Assembly (NCBI GenBank): GCA_045657065.1
Contig: JAZOSI010000051.1
Coordinates: forward strand, 1-41,633
Direction: 5' to 3'
Source of the DNA: Congzhengia sp.
Lineage (GTDB): Bacteria > Bacillota > Clostridia > UBA1381 > UBA9506
Length of the DNA: 41,633 bases
In this document: one piece after another, positions 29,558 through 38,100 of the stretch
Position numbering within the stretch: position 1 is the first letter of the stretch
How the letters are laid out: the number at the start of each line of letters is the position of its first letter
The notes under the pieces: generated by a model
Seen by the model: the letters and a program-made list of their open reading frames with translations, nothing else
The model's database searches: none
What the model was told of the DNA's origin: nothing
Made by a program: the position numbers and the translations under genes

Positions 29558-30025
29558 ATGAAAAGAACAGTTTCAATTTTTGCAGCAATAATTGCATCTT
29601 TTGCTCTTTTGGCAGGATGTATGGGTATGGACAATAACAACACCGTAACACCAGGAACTAACGGAACAAACGCGACAGATAAAGGAAATCTCACTGACAA
29701 CAACACCGAAAATAATAACGGAAACAATAATGATTTAACAGGTGGAATCACAAAAGACCCAATGGGCGAAAACCAGAATCACACCACAGGAAATATGACC
29801 GTTGATACAGGCAATTTTATAGGCGAAGAAAAAGCCAAGGAAGAAGCGCTTGCAAAAGCAGGAATAACTGCCGATGGTGTAAAATTTGAAAAAGTTGATT
29901 TAGAACTTGACGATGGTGTCTGGGTGTATGAAATTGATTTCACAAAAGACAAGCATGAATACGATGTAAAGGTAAAAGCAGACGACGGAATAATCTTAGA
30001 GTACGAAAAGGACAGAAAAGATTAA
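29558..30025 (+). CDS. PepSY-domain lipoprotein
   Basis: Lipobox LAGC, Asn/Thr-rich linker, and PepSY pattern IGEEKAKEEAL...YEIDF...YDVKVKADDGIIL. Confidence 0.85.
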   Translation: MKRTVSIFAAIIASFALLAGCMGMDNNNTVTPGTNGTNATDKGNLTDNNTENNNGNNNDLTGGITKDPMGENQNHTTGNMTVDTGNFIGEEKAKEEALAKAGITADGVKFEKVDLELDDGVWVYEIDFTKDKHEYDVKVKADDGIILEYEKDRKD

Positions 30026-30029
30026 GCCA

Positions 30030-30260
30030 TAGAAAAACGCACAGACCACACAAGGCAAAAAGAAAAAAGATATTGAAGAAATTCGTCTTTTGACGAATTT
30101 CTTTTTTTGTAGCCTTGTGTTTCGAACAAACTTCACCTCTCGGCGTACTTTTGTACGCCTTCGGGTAACCCTTTCGGTTCAGTTTGTCCAATCTGCACTG
30201 TTTTTCGTCCGGCCTCAAACAATAAGGAACGCCTTGACATTTGTCAAGGCGTTCCTTATT
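30030..30260. repeat. Cluster of nested inverted repeats / terminators
   Basis: aagaaattcgtc-tttt-gacgaatttctt; ggcgtac-tttt-gtacgcc; perfect 19-bp stem at 30221-30260. Confidence 0.75.
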
Positions 30261-30378
30261 ATGCATTATTAAGAACTGAAATGAGATATCTTGCAAGTTT
30301 GACACAGCATTTGTCGTAATCTTCTTTTATGGCTTTTGCGATTTGTCTCGTCAGCGTGGACATCTTTCGATTGTTTGT

Positions 30379-31269
30379 TTATTTTTTGGGCAATATTACA
30401 GTTATTGCCTTTTGATAGTTTTTGATTGTTTCTTTTTTATTTGCTTCGAAGCATTCTCCGTCCAGCGACCATTGGATAGCTTCTTGTGATTCTATTACCA
30501 GTTTTTTTGCATGGAAGAAGTTGATAGACGGGTTTTCAAAATCGTTTGTATTAAGAGAAATTACGATATTGTTTAGATCCATAATGTTCTTGGGGTATTT
30601 AACCAAGAGCACTTCAAACTCGCCGTCCGACATATCAACCCTTGCGCTGTCGAGTTTTATAATTCCTGCAATTGATGTGGAGTTTGCAACAGCGCCGAGC
30701 GCGTACTCATCAGAAAAAACTTCGCCAGTTTCTGTGGTAATAGTGAGTTTTATGGGTTTTAAATAGGGAAGCTCTTTCATGCCCTCAAGAACATAGGCAA
30801 AATGTCCCAGGGTGTTTTTCATATTCTGGGGTGTTGCGTATGAACTCTGTGTAAAAGCACCAAATGATGCCACATAAGAAAAATATGAATTTCCGAATTT
30901 GCCGACATCTAAAGATTGCGGTGTGCCTGAAATTATATCCTTTGCGGCTTTTATTACATTTTTTGAAAGGCCTACAGAAGATGCAAAATCATTTGTAGTA
31001 CCACAGGGAATGTAACCGATGGGAAGGTCTAACTTTGCATCCATTATGCCGTTTATGATGTCATTGAGCGTGCCATCGCCACCTGCACAAATTATGATAT
31101 CTTTGTCGTGTGCGGCACTTTTTATTATTTCCTGGGCAGAGCCTTTACCTGATGTACAGCGGATGTCGAGGGTGTAGCCTGCATCTTTCAATAATTGTGT
31201 GATTTCCTTGAAATGGCGGATAAATGCCATTTTTCCCGAAACGGGATTCATAATCATTAAAGCATTCAT
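30379..31269 (-). CDS. Diacylglycerol kinase family lipid kinase (YegS/DagK-like)
   Basis: NPVSG, GGDGT, PCGTTNDFA and DGE; start reassigned to MNALMIMNP at 31269. Confidence 0.92.
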   Translation of the reverse strand: MNALMIMNPVSGKMAFIRHFKEITQLLKDAGYTLDIRCTSGKGSAQEIIKSAAHDKDIIICAGGDGTLNDIINGIMDAKLDLPIGYIPCGTTNDFASSVGLSKNVIKAAKDIISGTPQSLDVGKFGNSYFSYVASFGAFTQSSYATPQNMKNTLGHFAYVLEGMKELPYLKPIKLTITTETGEVFSDEYALGAVANSTSIAGIIKLDSARVDMSDGEFEVLLVKYPKNIMDLNNIVISLNTNDFENPSINFFHAKKLVIESQEAIQWSLDGECFEANKKETIKNYQKAITVILPKK

Positions 31270-31537
31270 ACCAAAACTTCTTTCTTTTAAAAGTTTACAG
31301 TGCACATACAAGTCAAGTATATCACAGAGCATATTATTTTTCAACAAAAAATAAATATTATTTAATATCTGATTGTGAGGTGACAGGAAAATAGATGTGG
31401 GGAAATATAAATTTAAAGGCACTCCTTATGGATTACCTTTGATATGAAAAATTCTTACTTTATTTCAGGTAATGATGCCGCTGCAACTGACTGTCATTCA
31501 CTATCAGCCCTTTAAGTCCTGCTATTCCTTTTAAATA

Positions 31538-31577
31538 AAAAAACACGGCACACCCATAAAGGGCATACCGTGTTTTT
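31538..31577 (-). terminator. tRNA terminator
   Basis: aaaaacacggcacaccc-ataaa-gggcataccgtgttttt immediately after the CCA end. Confidence 0.8.
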
Positions 31578-31630
31578 GGTGCGGGCGAGGAGACTTGAAC
31601 TCCTATGCTCTTGCGAGCACATGGACCTGA
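31577..31630 (-). pseudogene. 3' half of tRNA-Leu(CAG), i.e. an att site
   Basis: Minus strand TCAGGTCCATGTGCTCGCAAGAGCATAGGAGTTCAAGTCTCCTCGCCCGCACCA has anticodon CAG, a long variable arm, T-loop GTTCAAG and CCA; the 5' anticodon stem, D arm and 5' acceptor strand are missing. Confidence 0.88.
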
Positions 31631-31840
31631 TGATAGCGTCCCTTCGGTGAAAAATGAAAAACCGCATAAAATTAGGGGTTTCAGGTGTATATAACCTACA
31701 AAAACTCCTGATTTTTTATGCTAATTTCATTCTATGGAATTGGTAGAATGAAATTGAAAATGAAATATAATTCAAATAAAAACAAATTAGTCGTATCGTA
31801 ATGATGCGGCTTTTTTAATTACAGAAACGGAGGAATTAAA

Positions 31841-32143
31841 ATGCCAAAATTAAATAGCAATTTTACAAACATATTAAACAAACTTATCACAGATAAAAAC
31901 ATTACTACCGCGGAATATCGCATACTATGTTATCTGCTTATGAGAGCAGGAAATCAAAATGTTTGTTACCCTTCTCTTAATACAATATCCAAAGATATAG
32001 ACATTAGTTTAAGTACGGTTAAAAGAGCAATTCCTGAACTTGTGGACAAAGGTTATCTAAAAAAGATAAATCGAAAAAGGAAAAATGGTTCCTCTACATC
32101 AAATCTCTATAAATTTACAGGCAAGGTTTATGGAACAGGCTAA
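31841..32143 (+). CDS. Helix-turn-helix (HTH_36-like) protein
   Basis: CYPSLNTISKDIDISLSTVKRAIPELVDKGYL...SNLY is typical of the N-termini of replication-initiator-like winged HTH proteins; ggagg RBS. Confidence 0.8.
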   Translation: MPKLNSNFTNILNKLITDKNITTAEYRILCYLLMRAGNQNVCYPSLNTISKDIDISLSTVKRAIPELVDKGYLKKINRKRKNGSSTSNLYKFTGKVYGTG

Positions 32144-32801
32144 AAATATAGTGGCTCATATTTTGCTGAGGTAGTATCAGGATGGGCTACAAATAATACT
32201 TAGATAATAATACAATAATGGATATTGCAAAAGAATAATATAAGCAATAAAATACATCGATGATTTAATTGATTGGCACTTCTTGTAGAGATTCGCAAAT
32301 TAATTATTTTTTATTCCAATATCCCTTCAATACAAACTTTCGCAATGTACCATGGCTCGACAATGGAGGCTTGAAGTTAAAAAATAGCGGTAAGGTAATT
32401 ACACACCCTCGATCAGTTTAGTCGCTCGTACCCAAGGTTGAACAGGGCTACTGAGGCGTTAAAATCGATGTTGTGTTCCTGATTAGAATAAATATATTTT
32501 TAATCCAATAACCCTATCTGTATAAAAATCATATAGAATACACCGCTGCTAAAATGATAAAACGATACATGAAAATCACTGCAGTTAGACTGAAAATCAG
32601 TCAAAATAAATTGAAGCAGGAAAAAGCACAGGTGCATTTTGATGCCCCTGAGCCTCTAACACCGCACGGCAGAGCCGTTCGGGGTGGTGCTTTAAAAGGC
32701 AGTTTGGTGATAATTCGGGTGCTATATATGGTAAAACGAAGAATTAAAGCAATAAATATCAGGTGCTTCGCAGTGTGAAGCACCCAAAAGGAGGATTTTT
32801 A

Positions 32802-33230
32802 ATGAGTAAACAAAAAGAAAGTAAACACATAAGCATATGGATTCCCGACAGCCTGTTAAAAGAGTGTGATATCAATCAAATTAGATACGATGTTAAGACT
32901 CGCAGCGAGTTTGTTGTGCAGGCGCTTGAATTTTATAATGCGTATTTATTTAATAGACACATTTCGGAATATGTGAATGTTGAAATTCTAAATCGTATGG
33001 AAGGTATGTTGGATAGTCTTGAAGACAGAATCGGTAGACAGATGTTCAAATTGATAGTTGAATCTGCAAAGATATGCAGAATATTATTTGATCATCTTGA
33101 ACTTGATTTTGATGATTTTGATGAACTACACGAAAGATGCGTTAAAGAAGCAAAACATCTCAACGGAGCGATTACTTTTCCATCGTCAATGAGAGGGAAA
33201 AAGCTCGCAGAATTAGATGAGGAGGATTGA
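32802..33230 (+). CDS. Ribbon-helix-helix-like protein (putative relaxosome accessory), copy 1
   Basis: HISIWI strand followed by TRSEFVVQALEFY helix; aaggagg RBS. Confidence 0.65.
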   Translation: MSKQKESKHISIWIPDSLLKECDINQIRYDVKTRSEFVVQALEFYNAYLFNRHISEYVNVEILNRMEGMLDSLEDRIGRQMFKLIVESAKICRILFDHLELDFDDFDELHERCVKEAKHLNGAITFPSSMRGKKLAELDEED

Positions 33231-33234
33231 AAAA

Positions 33235-33648
33235 ATGGCAAAGAAACATATAAGTTTTTGGATTGAAGATAAGGATTTAAAAGAGTGTGATGCAAATGTA
33301 ATTGCATCAGATTATGAAAGCAGAAGTGAATACATTGCCGAAGCTGTTAGGTTCTATAATTCATACTTACATAACAAAAATAATGAAGAATATATTAATC
33401 AATATATCAGAGATAATTTGTCAGGATTGATGAAAAAGTTTGAAAATCGTACTGCACGATTAATGTTCAAACAAGCAGTCGAAACTTCAAAAATATTTTG
33501 GTTGTTGATTAAACAATTTAAAATCAATTATGAGAACGCTGACACTCTCCATAATAGTTGCATTGAGGAGGTGAAAAAAATCAATGGTGCAATACAATAT
33601 CCATTCGTAAAAGAAGAAAAGAATTACGATGATGATTGGCTGTTATGA
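33235..33648 (+). CDS. Ribbon-helix-helix-like protein, copy 2 (paralog)
   Basis: KHISFWI...SRSEYIAEAVRFYN...RLMFKQAVE...CIEEVKKINGAI aligns end to end with copy 1. Confidence 0.65.
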   Translation: MAKKHISFWIEDKDLKECDANVIASDYESRSEYIAEAVRFYNSYLHNKNNEEYINQYIRDNLSGLMKKFENRTARLMFKQAVETSKIFWLLIKQFKINYENADTLHNSCIEEVKKINGAIQYPFVKEEKNYDDDWLL

Positions 33649-33718
33649 TTGAAGATTTAAGGCTGGAGAGTCACTGCTATATATGCATAAAAAAATCTTA
33701 TCAAATTTTCATATATCA

Positions 33719-33747
33719 TTGACAGACTATCACTTTGGTGATATAAT
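33719..33747 (+). promoter_or_regulatory. Extended -10 sigma-A promoter with palindromic operator
   Basis: TTGACA (33719), 17 nt, TGnTATAAT (33739-33747); TATCAC-tttg-GTGATA (33728-33743). Confidence 0.85.
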
Positions 33748-33774
33748 GTTAAATGTAAAGTTAGGAGTGATAGA

Positions 33775-34452
33775 ATGAAAAAAATAATATGGCATGGCTC
33801 TCCGGAAATAATCGAAAAGCCTGTATTCGGATTAGGCAAAGAAAATAATGACTATGGCTTGGGATTCTATTGCACAGAAACTTTGGAACTTGCAAAAGAG
33901 TGGGCTTGTCAGAAACCTGCCAAAGATGGATATGCTAATTGCTATGAACTTAATATAGATGGACTCACTACACTTGATTTATCGGGTGATGAATATACAA
34001 TACTGAACTGGCTTGCGGTTCTTGCCAATAACAGAAACTTCAGAGTATCAACTGCAGTGTCAAAACAAGGCAGAGATTATCTGTTAAATAACTTCCTGCC
34101 CGATATATCAAACTATGATATAATCACCGGCTATCGTGCAGATGACTCATATTTCTCATTCGCAAGAGCTTTCGTAAATAACCAGATATCCATTGAGCAA
34201 TTGTCCGAGGCAATGAAGCTCGGGAAACTCGGTGAGCAGATTGTATTAAAGAGTGAAAAAGCATTCGATGCAATCAAATTCCAAAAGTATGAAATTGCTG
34301 ACAGTGCAGAATATTATATCAAGAGAAAAAAACGAAACGAAGAAGCTAATAAGCAGTTCAGACTTCAGCAAGAGGTTGATGATATCAACGGATTATTTAT
34401 GCGTGATATAATCAGGGAAAGGATTGATAATAATGATTCACGCTTACGATGA
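33775..34452 (+). CDS. DUF3990-family protein (ADP-ribosyltransferase-like fold; putative toxin)
   Basis: IIWHGS...NDYGLGFYCT...LAKEWA and YDIITGYRADD. Confidence 0.8.
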   Translation: MKKIIWHGSPEIIEKPVFGLGKENNDYGLGFYCTETLELAKEWACQKPAKDGYANCYELNIDGLTTLDLSGDEYTILNWLAVLANNRNFRVSTAVSKQGRDYLLNNFLPDISNYDIITGYRADDSYFSFARAFVNNQISIEQLSEAMKLGKLGEQIVLKSEKAFDAIKFQKYEIADSAEYYIKRKKRNEEANKQFRLQQEVDDINGLFMRDIIRERIDNNDSRLR

Positions 34453-35071
34453 AATGTATGTTGACAGTGCAATGAATAACTTAGGTGATGCCTTTGATTA
34501 TGTCGCAAGCGACCTTAATATGGATAAGGATGAATTCCTGAAATTATTTATATCTACCGGAATTGCAGAAGAATTCGGCAATGGCAACCCGAAATATATA
34601 ATGGGAATGTCAGGACCAGAGCTTGTTGAAGAAGTGCTAAATGAAGCAGGCATAGAAAGACTTGTTCCGCCGAGTAGTGAGAATATAAACAAGCATAGAG
34701 ATTACTGGTGCGGATGGATACTTGCATTTTATCAGTGGTATTCCAAAAGACCATTTAATAATATAGCAAGACATATTAAAATGAGCGATATTGAAGTTAT
34801 GTTTGACCTCTACCACGAAGCACCCGAAGAAAAGTTTGCAGACACAGTAGAGAAAATGATTAAAGAAAAAAATGAGCCTACAAGACTTCAGGTAATCAGA
34901 AAAAGCTGCGGAATAACCCAAAATGAGCTTGCACAGCAGTCAGGCGTATCACTTCGCTCTATCCAGATGTATGAGCAGAGAAACAAGGATATAAATAAAG
35001 CCCAAATGGAAACCGTCAACAATCTTGCAAAAGTTCTTGGCTGCAAGATGGAAGATTTGATGGAGTATTAA
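34433..35071 (+). CDS. Putative antitoxin: DUF3791-like N-terminus plus C-terminal XRE HTH
   Basis: Overlaps the DUF3990 gene; RKSCGITQNELAQQSGVSLRSIQMYEQR HTH. Confidence 0.8.
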   Translation: MIHAYDEMYVDSAMNNLGDAFDYVASDLNMDKDEFLKLFISTGIAEEFGNGNPKYIMGMSGPELVEEVLNEAGIERLVPPSSENINKHRDYWCGWILAFYQWYSKRPFNNIARHIKMSDIEVMFDLYHEAPEEKFADTVEKMIKEKNEPTRLQVIRKSCGITQNELAQQSGVSLRSIQMYEQRNKDINKAQMETVNNLAKVLGCKMEDLMEY

Positions 35072-35146
35072 AAATTAGAATAAAAACTTAAGAGAGTCCG
35101 TTTTTAAGGACACTAATAATGTTAGAATTATACTGGAGTTGTTAGT

Positions 35147-38100
35147 ATGAATACAAATAAAAACACAGTAGCGTTTAGCGGTTATAGAACCGAGAAACTA
35201 CCTGAAAATATAGATCCAATAAGAATGAATTTGAGAGATACAGTTGTTAAATGTATTGAAGATGGTTATGATACCTTTCTGTGCGGTATGGCAGACGGGT
35301 TTGATTTGATGGCAGCGGAAGTTGTTTTAGACTTAAAAAGAACAAAGGCTATCAAATTGATTTGTGTTATTCCTTTTGATGATGGCAGAGAGAAAAACTT
35401 AACATATAATTCTATACTCGAAAATGCGGATGAAAAAGTAGTTCTTTCTGACAAGTTCAGTTATGATTCATACTACAAAAGAAATGAGTATATGGTAGAT
35501 AATTGCGATAAACTCGTCTGCTATTATGACGGTAGATACGGTGGAACTGAATATACAGTTGATTATGCAAATAAAAAAGGTGTTCCTGTAATTAATTTAT
35601 GGGATAATATTACACCCGAACTTCGTATGCCAAAACAGATAGACAACAAAAGAGAAAAAGTTGTTGATGAACTGAAAGATGCTCTTAGAAAAGGCTCAAA
35701 TCTTTCGGTTATTTCTGCATATTTTACTATTTATGCCTATGCAGAATTAAAAAAAGAATTATCTCGAATAGACAACATGAGATTTCTCTTTAAAGAACCC
35801 ACATTTGTTAAAAAAGATGATGAACTGCTCCGTCAGTATTATATAGACCATAAGGGCGAAAAAGATATTTCAGGAAATGAATTTGAAATAAGACTTCGTA
35901 ACGAATTAAAGCAAGGATCTATTGCGAAGGAATGTGCTAAATGGATAAGAGAAAAGGTTGAAATGAAATCATTCAAGAAACCAAATCCTGCACAACCCAG
36001 AATGATACATATTGATAACCCCAAAGATGCTGTAATGATAAATGGCACAGTTGACTTTACAACAGACGGACTTGGTATTACTCCTTCTAACAGAATTGAC
36101 AGTAATATGTGTATCTATGGTAAAGAAATGACATCAAACTTTCTTCGTCAGTTCAATGAAATCTGGACAGACGATATGACAGTTGAAGATGTCAAAGAAA
36201 AAGTATTGGAACAGATGCAGATTTTGTACAAAGAAAATCCTCCTGAATTTATATATTTTATAACCCTTTATAATCTGTTTTATGATAGCCTGAGTGAACT
36301 TACAGAAGAAAATATTATAAAGTCTAAAACGGGTTTTAAAGAAACACTTATATGGAATAAACTCTATAAGTTCCAGCAAGACGGTGTGCTTGGAATTATA
36401 GATAAAATGGAAAAATGGGGCGGTTGTATTTTAGCTGACAGCGTTGGTCTTGGTAAAACTTTTACTGCACTTGCAGTAATAAAATACTACGAACTCAGAA
36501 ATTCAAGAATACTTGTTCTTGCACCTAAAAAACTGCGTGAGAACTGGACAATCTTTACCCAGAACGATACGAGAAATATCTTCACGGAAGATAGATTTGG
36601 TTATACTGTTTTAAATCATACTGACCTCTCTCGTACAAGTGGTTTTTCGGGTGATGTTCCTCTTGCCACGCTTAACTGGTCCAACTACGACTTGGTGGTA
36701 ATTGACGAAAGTCATAATTTTAGGAATAATCACCCTGTTAAAGGCAAGGTAACACGCTATGAAAAGCTGATGAATGATATTATCAAGAAAGGCGTTAAAA
36801 CAAAGGTTTTGATGCTTTCTGCGACACCTGTAAATAACCGAATGAACGATATTAAAAATCAGATTGGTTTTATTACCGAGGGGAACAATAATTTGTTCCA
36901 GGATGCAGGCGTTCCTAATGTTGAAAATATCCTCAAAAAAGCACAGATGGTGTTTAATAAGTGGCAGACACTCCCTGAAGATAAAAGGACATCTGACCGT
37001 TTTGTTGAGATGATGGATTTAGACTATTTCAAACTTCTTGATACTGTTACCATTGCACGTTCAAGACGACATATTGAGAAGTATTATAATCTTGCGGAAA
37101 TAGGCAAATTCCCTGAAAGAATGCCTCCCAAGAATTTGTATCCTGATATTGATACAAAACACGAGTTTCCTAAAATCGAAGATGTTAATAAACTCATAAA
37201 GAAACTCACTCTTTGTGTATATTCTCCACTCGGATATGTGCTCCCTGAAAAAAGAGCAGAATATAGCAAAAAGTATGATGTGGCTGTTGCAGATGGCAAG
37301 TCTATCTTTAAACAGGTTGACCGTGAAAACAGCTTGGTAGATTTGATGCGTGTAGGCATCTTGAAGAGAATGGAGAGTTCTATCTATTCTTTCGGTCTTA
37401 CGGTTGAAAAGATTATTGAGAAAATCAATTTCACATTAGAGAGAATTGAACAAAATCAGTATGAATTTAACGACACTCTTTCTATTAACGATATAGACCT
37501 TGATGACAACGAACTCGATGATCTTATGCTTGGTAATACTGTTAAGGTTCTTTTGCAGGATATGGACCTAATCCGTTGGAAACAAGATTTGCTTTCAGAC
37601 AAAGAAAAACTCGAACAAATACTTAGTGCGGCAAAAGAAGTTGGACCAGACAGAGATAACAAGCTTTTGGAGCTTAAAAAAGTTATTAGAGAAAAACAGG
37701 CAAACCCAATAAATAAAGGCAATGAAAAAATAATTATATTTACAGCTTTTGCAGATACTGCCGAATATCTTTATAAGAATATTGCGGAAGAAATGAAATC
37801 ACAAGGCAAATACACCGCAATGGTGTCTGGTTCAGGGGATAATAAATCTACTGTGCCGATACCAAAAGAATTGAGAAATCTGATTAAGGTGAGCGATCTA
37901 AACAGTGTTCTCACACTATTTTCGCCAAAATCAAAGGAAATGGCAAAAGTATTTCCTGAGATGACAGAAACTATTGATATTTTGATTGCAACAGACTGTA
38001 TTTCAGAAGGTCAGAACTTGCAGGACTGCGACTATCTTATCAATTATGATATCCACTGGAATCCTGTAAGAATTATTCAGAGATTTGGTCGTATAGACCG

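Noticed and set aside
29200-29751. 183-aa minus-strand ORF
   Set aside because: Antisense shadow of ferritin, rubredoxin and the PepSY gene.
30259-30363. 34-aa minus-strand ORF MSTLTRQIAKAIKEDYDKCCVKLARYLISVLNNA downstream of the DAG kinase gene
   Set aside because: No convincing Shine-Dalgarno and no recognisable family; could be a remnant, but not supportable.
31270-31422. N-terminal extensions in the ORF track (DAG kinase; likewise Fur 27410, NDT 39516, lipoprotein 4373)
   Set aside because: The extensions run through promoter or upstream-gene DNA; downstream ATGs match family starts and mostly have RBSs.
31577-31665. Intact tRNA-Leu gene
   Set aside because: Sequence 5' of the anticodon (minus strand gaagggacgctatca) cannot form the anticodon stem, D arm or acceptor stem; it is only a 3' fragment.
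32554-32783. ORFs 32554-32778 (+) and 32601-32783 (-)
   Set aside because: No RBS or motifs; the region is better explained as a repeat-containing cis element.
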